Below, one piece after another: positions 9,346 to 18,282 of a stretch of DNA of 43,485 nucleotides. The notes beneath the pieces are model-generated. The model saw nothing but the letters and a program-made list of their open reading frames with translations, was not told where the DNA came from and did no database searches. A program made the position numbers and the translations under genes. Numbering within the stretch: the first letter of the stretch is position 1; each line of letters begins with the position of its first letter. The DNA comes from Gemmatimonadota bacterium (GTDB taxonomy: Bacteria > Gemmatimonadota > Gemmatimonadetes > Gemmatimonadales > GWC2-71-9): assembly GCA_039586365.1 (NCBI GenBank), contig JBDHKN010000065.1:1-43485 (forward strand), in the 5' to 3' direction.

Positions 9346-11739
9346 ATGACCGATTTGCTGAGCCAAATCAAGGCAGCCTTTGCAGACCGTTACGCGATCG
9401 AGCGGGAACTGGGAAGGGGAGCCAGTGCGGTGGTGTACCTCGCGAACGACCTGAAGCACCGCCGCCAGGTTGCCATCAAGGTCCTAAACCAAGACTTGGC
9501 GCGGTCCCTCGACGTTGAACGATTCTTGCGCGAAATCGAAATGGCTGCTGGCCTCACTCACCCCAATATCCTGCCGTTGCACGACTCTGGATCGGTGGTT
9601 GGACAGTCGGCGGGTCGTACGGAAGAGTTCCTCTACTACGTGATGCCATATGTGGCTGGGGAGTCCCTGCGCGACAAACTGAATCGAGAGATACAACTAC
9701 CGGTCGAAGAGGCAACTGAGATCACCAAGTCGGTTGCCAGTGCATTGGACTACGCGCATCGCCATGACGTGATACATCGCGATATCAAGCCCGAGAACAT
9801 ACTCCTCGCAGACGGTCACGCGATTTTGGCTGACTTTGGGATCGGCAAAGCGGTCTGCGACATCTGCGACGACAGCCTTACCATGGATGGATATGTCCTC
9901 GGCACTCCCAAGTACATGAGTCCGGAACAGGCAACCGGCGAGGCAGTGGACCAGCGGACCGACATCTACAGCCTGGGGTGCGTTCTCTACGAGATGTTGA
10001 CTGGCAAGGCACCGTACGGCGGTCAAAACATTCGGGCCATGCTGGCTCGACATGCCATCACACCGATCCCATCCGTGTGCGAAGACCGACCGGAGGTTTC
10101 TGCCGCACTAGATGCTCTCGTGAGCAGGGCTATGGCGAAGGACCCTGATGACCGCTTTGCCACTGCAAGTGAGCTCACTGTCGTGCTCGACGAGGCTCGC
10201 GTCGGAGCCCAAACCGGCTCCCACGCTGCCGGGAGCAGCGCCGCTCCCGGACGTCGATTTCCTGGGCGCCGTACCGCGCTCGGAATCCTGGCAGCGGTCG
10301 TCGTCCTGTCAGGCGGACTGGGGTGGTGGTTTGCCAGACCGGACCGATCGGTCAGACCGGTCGATTCGGTGGCCGTCCTGCCATTCACCAATCTCTCGAA
10401 CGATTCCGATCAGGTCTATTTCGTGGATGGCCTTCACTATGCTTTGATCACGGAACTAGCCCAAGTCGGCGCTCTCACGGTTATCTCGCAGACCTCTGTG
10501 GCACCCTTTCGCAACACCACGAAAGGGGTTCAGGAGATCGCTGCCGAGTTGAACGTCGATGCAGTCGTAGAAGGTTCGGTGCTCCGCGCGGGAGACAGTG
10601 TCAGGATCACCGTTCAAATGGTCCAATCGCGCCCGGAACGCCAGCTGTGGGCTCAGAGCTACGAGCGGGACGTGGGCAACGTCCTGGCGCTGCAGCGCGA
10701 AGTCGTCCGATCGATCGCGAGAGAGATCGAAACCCAACTGACCCCTCAGCAATCCGCCCACTTGTCCACAGCGCCTCGCGTGGACCCGGCTGCTCTCGAC
10801 GCGTATCTGCACGGGCGCTTCTATCACGCCCGCGGAACGGTGGAGGGATTCCAGGATGCGATCGAGTTCTTTGACGAGGCGACGCGGATCGAACCGAGCT
10901 TCGGCTTGGCGCACTCGGCGCGGGCGTTGTCAATCCACCTGCTCGGTGTACATGGCGGAGGACCGCCTCAAGAAACCGAACCGAGGGCCAAGGCGGCAGC
11001 TGAGCGCGCCCTCGAGCTCGACGGTGAACTCGCGGAGGCGCGGGCCGTGTTGGCCGGTGTCCAGTCGATGTACGAATGGGATTGGGAGGCGGCCGATCGA
11101 GAGTACAGACGCGCCATCTCAACCGATCCAAACTCCGCGATAGCGCACCAATGGTATGCCTACCATCTGGCGGTGATGGGAGACCTCAACGGGGCACTCG
11201 CCGAGGCTCGCCTGGGACAGGAGTTGGACCCGCTGAACCCCATGGCCCCGGCAGTCGTGGCAGATCAACTGGTCTACGCCAGGGAGTATGAAGCCGCCAA
11301 AGCTGAACTAGAGCGGGCGGTCCAGTTGGATCCATCTTTCGATCGGGCCCGCGATCAACTCCTCGAGTGGATCCACGCATTTCAAGGCCGATATGCGGAT
11401 GCGGTGACCGTCCGTAAAGACCGGATGCGTCGCGAAGGACAACCTCAAGACGCCATTGCGGCTCTCGATGCTGTGTTCGCGTCGTCCGGCCCCGAAGGGT
11501 ACTGGCGCTGGCGCCTCGACCAGCTGCACGAGGCCTCAACGCGTCGCTACGTCGCACCGAGCGAGTTCGCCAAGAACTACGCGATGCTAGGAGATCTCGA
11601 CTCCGCGTTCGAATGGCTGGAACGTGCATTCAACGAACGAGGTGGGATGGAGTTGCTCCGCGTCTGGCCGGGCTATGATTCTCTCATCGCCGATCCGCGC
11701 TACGCAGACTTCCTAGAGCGTTTGAACTTCCCGAATTAG
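9346..11739 (+). CDS. Hanks-type Ser/Thr kinase with one TM helix, TolB-N-like domain and TPRs
   Basis: LGRGASAVVY, VAIKV, HRDIKPEN, DFG, GTPKYMSPE; SVAVLPFTNLS; TPR repeats; DPRYADFLERLNFP end. Confidence 0.95.
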   Translation: MTDLLSQIKAAFADRYAIERELGRGASAVVYLANDLKHRRQVAIKVLNQDLARSLDVERFLREIEMAAGLTHPNILPLHDSGSVVGQSAGRTEEFLYYVMPYVAGESLRDKLNREIQLPVEEATEITKSVASALDYAHRHDVIHRDIKPENILLADGHAILADFGIGKAVCDICDDSLTMDGYVLGTPKYMSPEQATGEAVDQRTDIYSLGCVLYEMLTGKAPYGGQNIRAMLARHAITPIPSVCEDRPEVSAALDALVSRAMAKDPDDRFATASELTVVLDEARVGAQTGSHAAGSSAAPGRRFPGRRTALGILAAVVVLSGGLGWWFARPDRSVRPVDSVAVLPFTNLSNDSDQVYFVDGLHYALITELAQVGALTVISQTSVAPFRNTTKGVQEIAAELNVDAVVEGSVLRAGDSVRITVQMVQSRPERQLWAQSYERDVGNVLALQREVVRSIAREIETQLTPQQSAHLSTAPRVDPAALDAYLHGRFYHARGTVEGFQDAIEFFDEATRIEPSFGLAHSARALSIHLLGVHGGGPPQETEPRAKAAAERALELDGELAEARAVLAGVQSMYEWDWEAADREYRRAISTDPNSAIAHQWYAYHLAVMGDLNGALAEARLGQELDPLNPMAPAVVADQLVYAREYEAAKAELERAVQLDPSFDRARDQLLEWIHAFQGRYADAVTVRKDRMRREGQPQDAIAALDAVFASSGPEGYWRWRLDQLHEASTRRYVAPSEFAKNYAMLGDLDSAFEWLERAFNERGGMELLRVWPGYDSLIADPRYADFLERLNFPN

Positions 11740-11865
11740 CAGACAGCGGCACTGCGTATCCCGAAACGTGCAGCCCACAACAGCGGCTGCCGTAAGAGAA
11801 TGACCACGCGAACTGAAGGATGCTCCGAGTGGCAGCCGCCAAGTCATGAGCGACAACCTATGTTT

Positions 11866-11904
11866 GGGGAGAGGGCCCTCCTTGCTGGAAGGCCCGCTCT
11901 CCCC
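11866..11904. terminator. GC-rich hairpin between convergent genes
   Basis: ggggagag-ggcc-ctcc...ggaa-ggcc-cg-ctctcccc imperfect inverted repeat. Confidence 0.45.
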
Positions 11905-11929
11905 TGTCGATCAGCAGCTTGGAGCCGCG

Positions 11930-12376
11930 TCAAGATAGGGTCGCCGTGGCAGGTTGGCTGCCCCTTTGCTGCAGCCACGCATAGCTGGTACCTAGTATGA
12001 CACCGTAGACGATGTGACCAACTAGGCTAGGGAGCATGGACTGGGCAGCAGCCAGGCTCCAGTTGACGCCGAATCCCATTCCCATGAAGAGTGGCATGAG
12101 AGTGAGTGGTCCGAGCAGCCACCAGGAGATCCCATAAACCAGGCCCGCAGAGAGTCCCGCTCCGTATCCTCCAACCGAGCGACCGAGGACAACGGCAAAG
12201 CCCGCTCCGATCAATGCGCTGTTCACCATGTGAACCGCGAATCCGACTAATGCTGACGGTTGCCCCACCATCTGGCCGATCATGGGTAGCATCCCCATCA
12301 TCCCCATCATTGCCCCGAACACCACACCACCCACCAGTCCACCCAGGGCTCCCAACTTCAGGTTTGTCGCGTTCAT
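11930..12376 (-). CDS. Met/Gly-rich integral membrane protein (about 4 TM helices), function unknown
   Basis: Hydrophobic helices, 13 Met in 148 aa, two intramembrane His; RBS gaggag upstream. Confidence 0.8.
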   Translation of the reverse strand: MNATNLKLGALGGLVGGVVFGAMMGMMGMLPMIGQMVGQPSALVGFAVHMVNSALIGAGFAVVLGRSVGGYGAGLSAGLVYGISWWLLGPLTLMPLFMGMGFGVNWSLAAAQSMLPSLVGHIVYGVILGTSYAWLQQRGSQPATATLS

Positions 12377-12500
12377 GTCATCATCTCCTCTTGGAGTTAC
12401 TCTCGGTGGGAAACACCACGGGGCGTTCCCCGCTTCTGTATGTGAGTGGCGCGAGGCAACGATTTCTTACAGTTTTGGTTCGACACGAGCAAAGGTCGCC

Positions 12501-13112
12501 GTGGCAGTGACTTACGAGTACAACGGGAGCGAACGGGAGCGTCCGGGCTTGGCCGAAGGGGTGAGGGAACGCGACCCTGAGGTGTTGCGCGAGGTCGTAC
12601 GGCGGTACTTGCCCCAAGTGCTGCGGGCGGCCAGGGCAGCCGGATTCGACAGCCACCGTGCTGAGGATGTTGCTCAGTCCACGTTCGCGACCTTCGTCGA
12701 AACCGCGCACAGGTTCGAGGGTCGATCGCAGGTAAGAACCTGGCTCTTTGGTATCCTCTACAAGAAGATCGCGGAGGCCCGGCGTGCCTCGCGCCGGGAC
12801 GACGATACGGACGACATCGACCACATGTTCGAGGCCCGTTTCAACACTGACGGAAGCTGGCTGCAGCCGCCCCGGCCGGTCGACGCGGTGGTGTACGACA
12901 AGGAGATCCGTGAGCGATTAGAGGTCTGCTTGGAGCAGGTACCTTCGAAACAGCGCATGGCTTTCGTGCTTCGTGAGGTCGAAGGCCTCGAAACGGAGGA
13001 GATCTGTAAGATCCTGGAGGTCACGCGCACTAACCTAGGAGTCCTGTTTCACCGAGTGCGCAACCGCCTTCGGGAGTGTCTGGAGGCGACAGGGATAGAG
13101 GGAGCCACCTGA
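12501..13112 (+). CDS. ECF sigma-70 factor (TIGR02943/ECF13-like)
   Basis: AEDVAQSTF, FEGRSQVRTWLFGILYKKI, F..DGSW..PP linker, AFVLREVEGLETEEICKIL...LFHRVRNRLRECLE. Start taken as GTG 12501 (or 12507). Confidence 0.92.
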   Translation: MAVTYEYNGSERERPGLAEGVRERDPEVLREVVRRYLPQVLRAARAAGFDSHRAEDVAQSTFATFVETAHRFEGRSQVRTWLFGILYKKIAEARRASRRDDDTDDIDHMFEARFNTDGSWLQPPRPVDAVVYDKEIRERLEVCLEQVPSKQRMAFVLREVEGLETEEICKILEVTRTNLGVLFHRVRNRLRECLEATGIEGAT

Positions 13113-13369
13113 TGTTTACCTGCAAGGAAGTCGCACGCCTCTTATCTATGGACGCAGCCGCGGAGGGGGCGCTATCGGATCAGCTCCGCGTCAAGCTGCA
13201 CCTCTTGTTCTGCAAGTATTGCCGCGGCTACGCCGCGCAACTGCGGGTCATCGGCGCCGCAGGCCGGGCTCTGTGGAGTGAGTGCACTGGAGAACAGGAG
13301 ACCCTTGACCGCCTCGAGGCGGAGATCCTGAAGCACAGCGACAAGTGGGTGGATTCGGATCCCTCGTGA
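13112..13369 (+). CDS. soluble zinc-binding anti-sigma factor (zf-HC2/ZAS)
   Basis: MFTCKEV...HLLFCKYC (C-x-HxxxCxxC); ATG overlaps the sigma TGA; no TM helix. Confidence 0.9.
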   Translation: MFTCKEVARLLSMDAAAEGALSDQLRVKLHLLFCKYCRGYAAQLRVIGAAGRALWSECTGEQETLDRLEAEILKHSDKWVDSDPS

Positions 13370-13441
13370 CGAGTAGAAGAATCGCAAGTTGACGAGCAAG
13401 TGGAGCTGCAGATAGGTCTGTCGACAGACGCCGAGCAGACT

Positions 13442-13536
13442 GACCTCAGCTGATCGCCGGACGGTGAGGGGATTGCCATCTGGGTTCGAACGGTGGCGAT
13501 GACGAGTTCTGGCTGATCAACGATTCTCTTCCTTGA
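13442..13536 (+). pseudogene. remnant of a TolB/PD40 beta-propeller C-terminus
   Basis: DLS*SPDGEGIAI (WSPDG with TGG changed to TGA), then frameshifted GGDDEFWLINDSLP*. Confidence 0.5.
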
Positions 13537-13721
13537 ATGATCGCGTTCAGGTGCCGCAAAGCCCAGCAGCATTAGCGTCGATTGTGGGGCTTTGTTCTTT
13601 GCGTCTGAGTCAGAACGCCTCGTTCTTTAGGGGGTGACGTTCGGAGGTTGACCCGGCTTCCCGCGAAGCCGGACAGCGGGCCATGGGAACTTCCTTCCCC
13701 CCAAGTGGTTATCTAATCAAC

Positions 13722-14903
13722 ATGCCATGTTTCAAGCTCGCCGTGAGCCTTCTCTGCGTCGGAGCCGCCACTACGGGGGGTCTGCGCGCCCAGGTGCGCG
13801 GATACTTGCCCGGCCGGGCGCCGACGCTGACGGGCAGCGGTATCGGGTTCCGTTATGGCGTTATCCTTCCGGGCCACATGACGCTGTACCGTTCAGCGGT
13901 GTCGGAAGCGCGCCACTCGGGGTGGGCCATGTTTCGGGCCGCCGCCTCACTCACGGGTGAGTTGGAGTTCGACTTCCGGACCTCCGAACGGGAGTTGCGG
14001 CAAGGACTTGGTGTGTCCCTTGTCGCCAGCACCACCCTGTTCGACCGCACGCAGTTCCACGGCTTCGGGAGCGGGCTGAACGGAGGCGAGGCCTACCAGG
14101 TGAAGCAGCATCGCCTGAGGCTGGCGCCGACCATGACCGTGTCGGCTGGTAGCCCCAACATTAGCGTGTCGTTCGGTCCGGTCCTCAAGTACACCAGCAC
14201 GCGATTCGACCGTGACGACATGGCAGTTCCCGGTCAGGTCGCTCCGTCTGCTAGCGGTGGGATTCTGTCGGCCGGATCGGGGTCACTCGAGTTGGCTGAA
14301 CCCTACGGCTTCGGCCGGTTCGGCCAGGTGGGTGGCTGGGCAGACCTCGCCATGGGCGGACCCGCCCCCGGTACTGTTCCCGCTGGCGTCAGTCTCTCAG
14401 TGGGAGCCTCGGCGTATCCTCCACTGCTCGACGTCGCAACCCCGTTCGCCGAAGTGCATGGTGAGATGGCGGGGTACGTAACCGTGAGCGTCCCAACTTC
14501 TCCCACACTCGCCCTACGGGTGGGAGGTAAGAAGTTGTGGGGCGCGGTGCCCATCAATGAAGCGGCCTTCCTAGGTGGCAGTGGTTCGCTGCGGGCGTTC
14601 GGCAGGCGGAGCCTCGCGGGCGACGCGGCAGTCTACGGTAGTGCCGAACTGCGGCTGACCGCCGGCGAAGTGACCATGTTCAAGCGTCACCTGCGGTACG
14701 GCTTCCTGGGCCTGACCGACATCGGCCGAGTGTTCTACGACGGTATCTCGTCCGACGGCTGGCTGAGCGACCTGGGCGGCGGGCTGTGGTTCGCCCCACT
14801 GGGTGGGAAAGAGGTGCTCAGCGCCGGCGTCGCACGGGGCCCCCTGGGAAGCAGGCTGTTCTTCAGAGTGGAACTCAGACCCGGCGAGCCTCAGCACCCA
14901 TAG
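13722..14903 (+). CDS. outer-membrane beta-barrel, Omp85/BamA-TamA-like C-terminal region
   Basis: Signal-peptide-like start (MPCFKLAVSLL...LRAQ), alternating beta-strands, FLGGSGSLRAF (loop-6-like), DIGRVF, GGGLWF. Confidence 0.65.
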   Translation: MPCFKLAVSLLCVGAATTGGLRAQVRGYLPGRAPTLTGSGIGFRYGVILPGHMTLYRSAVSEARHSGWAMFRAAASLTGELEFDFRTSERELRQGLGVSLVASTTLFDRTQFHGFGSGLNGGEAYQVKQHRLRLAPTMTVSAGSPNISVSFGPVLKYTSTRFDRDDMAVPGQVAPSASGGILSAGSGSLELAEPYGFGRFGQVGGWADLAMGGPAPGTVPAGVSLSVGASAYPPLLDVATPFAEVHGEMAGYVTVSVPTSPTLALRVGGKKLWGAVPINEAAFLGGSGSLRAFGRRSLAGDAAVYGSAELRLTAGEVTMFKRHLRYGFLGLTDIGRVFYDGISSDGWLSDLGGGLWFAPLGGKEVLSAGVARGPLGSRLFFRVELRPGEPQHP

Positions 14904-15100
14904 CAGCGTCGAGCGGGCCAATGCCTTCTCGAGAGCACCCTATGCAGCCAGCGAGACAGCATGTGCCCTGGCATACGGGGGAGCCAGTACTCCGATTACG
15001 AGCGCTGCAACGGCAGCCCTGCCGGATCGATGTGACGTCCCAGAAACAGGCTATTCACCGAGTACTATCACTCACGTTGGGCGACGTCGCCAGAGACGCC

Positions 15101-15235
15101 GTACCCGGCACGCGTGACCTCGTGCCAAGCTGCGAGTCGCGTGGGCGAGATGCCGATCTGGTACGCGACAGTTATGACGAAGTTCACAGTGGGGGTACCA
15201 ACGACTCCGAGTCTCTGCCATCTCCGGCACGACGT
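15101..15235 (-). pseudogene. degenerate copy of the 3' end of the TIGR04283 glycosyltransferase (direct repeat of 34764-34898)
   Basis: Ungapped 135-bp alignment, 116/135 identical; encodes RRWQRLGVVGTPTVNFVITVAYQIGISPTRLAAW. Confidence 0.92.
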
Positions 15236-15392
15236 ATCCCCACGGGCGATGACTGCTACATTCCATACAAGGCATGGGTTGTTTGGTGGGACCGTCAGTC
15301 GTGTTCTTTGCGATACGTGCACTGTTCGGCTGACAGATCTCTTTGCCATGGACCTCACGGACTCGATCTGAGCGAAGGGCAGGTGCTGAAGC

Positions 15393-15878
15393 ATGGGTAT
15401 GAAAGCCAACTCCGCTACGCCGCTGTTCCTTGTGCTTCTGTCAGCTTCCTGCTCGACAACCCCACGTGTGCCAAGTGAATCGGTGGAACCGACTACTGCC
15501 GGACTAGGGACTTTGGTGGTCGAGATCGCGGGACTGAGAACCGCAGCTGGTAAGGCTAGCGTGAGTCTCTTCGACGGCGCGGAAGGCTTTCCCCAAGACA
15601 CCACCGCCGTCTTCAAATCCGCCACGGTGCAATTGACACACCGCGAAGACGTGGCGGTCCGTTTTGAGAATCTGGGTTACGGTGATTATGCTATCGCGGT
15701 ACTGCACGACGAGAATGGCAACGGGGTGATGGACACCGGATTCCTGGGTATCCCCAGTGAAGGCTTCGGCTTCTCCAACAACCCAAGGCCTGGGTTCGGC
15801 GCCCCGTCTTTCGAAACCTGCAAGTTCAGACTCGACCGACCGGAAGTCACTTTACGATTGGAGATCCAATATTTCTGA
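15393..15878 (+). CDS. DUF2141-family lipoprotein
   Basis: Lipobox LSASC; GDYAIAVLHDENGNGVMDTGFLGIPSEGFGFSNN...PSF signature. Start 15393 or 15399. Confidence 0.9.
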   Translation: MGMKANSATPLFLVLLSASCSTTPRVPSESVEPTTAGLGTLVVEIAGLRTAAGKASVSLFDGAEGFPQDTTAVFKSATVQLTHREDVAVRFENLGYGDYAIAVLHDENGNGVMDTGFLGIPSEGFGFSNNPRPGFGAPSFETCKFRLDRPEVTLRLEIQYF

Positions 15879-15906
15879 CCCCTGTGATGGACGCTCGCAC
15901 TACCAG

Positions 15907-17136
15907 CTAGCGTCTCATTACGAGGGCTGCATTGACACCACCGAATCCGAAGGAATTGGAAAGGAGGTGCTCAACCCTCGTAGCAATACTCCCGTTGTTT
16001 ACATACTTGAGGTCACACCGCTCGTCGGGTATGCCGAGGTTGAGTGAGGTGGGTAGCAACTGGCGAAACAGGGAAGTGGCACAGATCCCGGCCTCGAGGG
16101 CACCACTCGCACCAAGCGCGTGTCCGTAGTAACCCTTCGTACCACTCACCGCCAAGCAGTTCGCGTGATCGCCGAATACCTGCTTGATGGCCAGCGTCTC
16201 GGTGCTGTCGTTGAGTGGGGTTGAAGACCCATGTGCGTTTATGTAGTCCACTTCCTCAGGACGGATTGCTGCGTCTTGCAGAGCCAGCGCCATTGCCCTA
16301 GCTGCTTCGCGCCCGTCGGGTTTGGGTGCGGTCATGTGGTGTGCGTCGTTGGTGAGTCCGTAGCCCAGTAGTTCACCGTAGATCCTTGCACCACGGGCTT
16401 CAGCCCGGTCGCGTCGCTCGAGCACCAATACTGCCGAACCTTCACTCATCACGAAGCCGTCGCGGTCGCGATCGAATGGACGTGACGCCGTTCGGGGATC
16501 GTCGTTGCGGGTGGACATGGCGCGAATGATGGTGAATGACGCGTAACAGAGCGGAGAGAGTGGTGCCTCCGATCCACCCGCCAACATGATATCGGCGTGT
16601 CCACCCCGTATGGATCTCAATGCCTCGCCGATCGCTATAGCGCCCGAAGCGCAGGACATAGCGTTGGTGGCGTTCGGACCCGTCAGACCCCATTCGATCG
16701 CGATGTTGCACGACACTGCGCCGCCGAAAACGGTCAACGCGAGATGTGACTCGACGTTCCGGAGCCCTCCCTGGCGATAGCGTTCAGCCTGTTCCTCGCC
16801 GAATGCGATGCCCCCCAACGCTGATCCCATCATCACGCCGAACCGATCGCGATTCTCTAGTGAGGGATCGATGTCGGCATCGGTGAGAGCAAGGCGGGCT
16901 GCCGCGACTCCGAGTTGGGAGAACCGGTCCAAGCGCTTGACCGAACGCCGAGATAGATGGTCCATCGGCTGGAAGTCAGGAATCTCCCCTGCGATCCTGC
17001 TGCGGAATGGCGTCGGATCGAACCGTGTGATGGTCCGCACCGCCGATTTCCGCGCACCGAGACCGGCAATCAGCTCGGTGACTCCGGTTCCGATCGGAGT
17101 AACACAGCCTATTCCGGTGATGGCGACACGCGTCAT
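15907..17136 (-). CDS. fabF: beta-ketoacyl-ACP synthase II (FabF-like ketosynthase)
   Basis: MTRVAITGIG start; catalytic Cys (NAMSCASG), His (INAHGSST), His (KGYYGHALGA); SNSFGFGG. ATGA overlap with the cyclase. Confidence 0.9.
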   Translation of the reverse strand: MTRVAITGIGCVTPIGTGVTELIAGLGARKSAVRTITRFDPTPFRSRIAGEIPDFQPMDHLSRRSVKRLDRFSQLGVAAARLALTDADIDPSLENRDRFGVMMGSALGGIAFGEEQAERYRQGGLRNVESHLALTVFGGAVSCNIAIEWGLTGPNATNAMSCASGAIAIGEALRSIRGGHADIMLAGGSEAPLSPLCYASFTIIRAMSTRNDDPRTASRPFDRDRDGFVMSEGSAVLVLERRDRAEARGARIYGELLGYGLTNDAHHMTAPKPDGREAARAMALALQDAAIRPEEVDYINAHGSSTPLNDSTETLAIKQVFGDHANCLAVSGTKGYYGHALGASGALEAGICATSLFRQLLPTSLNLGIPDERCDLKYVNNGSIATRVEHLLSNSFGFGGVNAALVMRR

Positions 17137-17588
17137 ACATGCTCCGTCTTGTGCTTCACGCCGGCCAGGGTCCGACCCGCGATCGCGTGAATAAATACAG
17201 GGCCTATTACCAGCTCCGCAGCTAGCTTGCCGATCAGCGGCCACCTGGGTCCGATCCACTCGTGGACGATCATGATGTCGACGGTCTCAGCGGCTTCCGT
17301 CAGTCGCCAGTGGACCTCCATACCCTTGGTGATACCCTTTACATGCTTGTACTCCACTCGGTGTTCGGCCGGGACCACAGTCATCTCGGATACCCACCAA
17401 GTCGGGTACTTGAACGCGCCGAATGTACGCCAGGCGGCCATCTCCACTAGTCCGCCCTGATTGTGTCGTTCGAGCATCCTGACCCACCGATAGTGCGGTA
17501 GGAACTCTGGCCAGCGCTCCACGTCACTCGCGATCTCAAAGGCTCGCGCGATCGAACCGCGCGCCGCGATCTGGTCAACCGTTCGCAT
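17133..17588 (-). CDS. SRPBCC/START-fold polyketide cyclase/aromatase-like protein
   Basis: AFEIASDVERWPEFLPHYRWV motif, 151 aa. Confidence 0.85.
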   Translation of the reverse strand: MRTVDQIAARGSIARAFEIASDVERWPEFLPHYRWVRMLERHNQGGLVEMAAWRTFGAFKYPTWWVSEMTVVPAEHRVEYKHVKGITKGMEVHWRLTEAAETVDIMIVHEWIGPRWPLIGKLAAELVIGPVFIHAIAGRTLAGVKHKTEHV

Positions 17589-18282
17589 GATGGGTTCTCC
17601 AGTACGCTACCAGTCTCCAACCCGGGCGCCGGTACACGGAAGCCTGACCAACTCCTGCGTCGGCGATCGTGCCCGCGAGCTCTTTCGCCGTGAAACCACG
17701 TCTTATCGAAAGCAACCCGTCGCGCCGAGTCACCTCGTGAAGCCGTAGCATCCGCCCAGCGAGATCGAACCCCGCCACCGCCAGGAGGGATCGTCGGAGG
17801 TCCGTGACAACGACTCCCAGTCTAGCGACCGCATCGAGTTGCTCAATGAGTGAGACCGCCTCCGGACGTGGCAAGTGATGCAGCACCATGCTCACGATTG
17901 CGATGTCTATGCTGATCGGGCGCACAGGGAGTTGGTGCAAGTCACCCACGACGGCAGTGATGCCCCTCTCACGACACATGCGCGCGGACGCCCTGTGATG
18001 GTCCAGCGCGATCGGATGCGTCAGCCTATCACCCAGCAGTCTACATACCCGCCGCGTAGCGTGCCCGCTCCCAGCGCCGATGTCCAGTATTCTGAGACGT
18101 GACGCAGCGGATTCCCCTCTCAGGAGCTTCCTGAGACCGAACTTCACGGCAGCGTGACCACCGAACAAGATGTTGGTCAGCGCGATTTCATTCAGTACAA
18201 TTTGGGCCACCGCATCGTCGAGACCGCGGGCATCCAGGGCCTCGGCCCCGGTGGGACGCAGCGGCGGTTTTTCGGCTACCAT
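17575..18282 (-). CDS. class I SAM-dependent methyltransferase
   Basis: ILDIGAGSG motif I, VLHHL, TDLRRS, DGLLSIRRGFT. ATG 18282 overlaps the upstream stop. Confidence 0.85.
   Translation of the reverse strand: MVAEKPPLRPTGAEALDARGLDDAVAQIVLNEIALTNILFGGHAAVKFGLRKLLRGESAASRLRILDIGAGSGHATRRVCRLLGDRLTHPIALDHHRASARMCRERGITAVVGDLHQLPVRPISIDIAIVSMVLHHLPRPEAVSLIEQLDAVARLGVVVTDLRRSLLAVAGFDLAGRMLRLHEVTRRDGLLSIRRGFTAKELAGTIADAGVGQASVYRRPGWRLVAYWRTHHANG

Noticed and set aside
15068..15625. 185-aa minus-strand ORF with glycosyltransferase-like tail
   Set aside because: Chimera of the DUF2141 antisense frame and the duplicated TIGR04283 fragment, not a real gene
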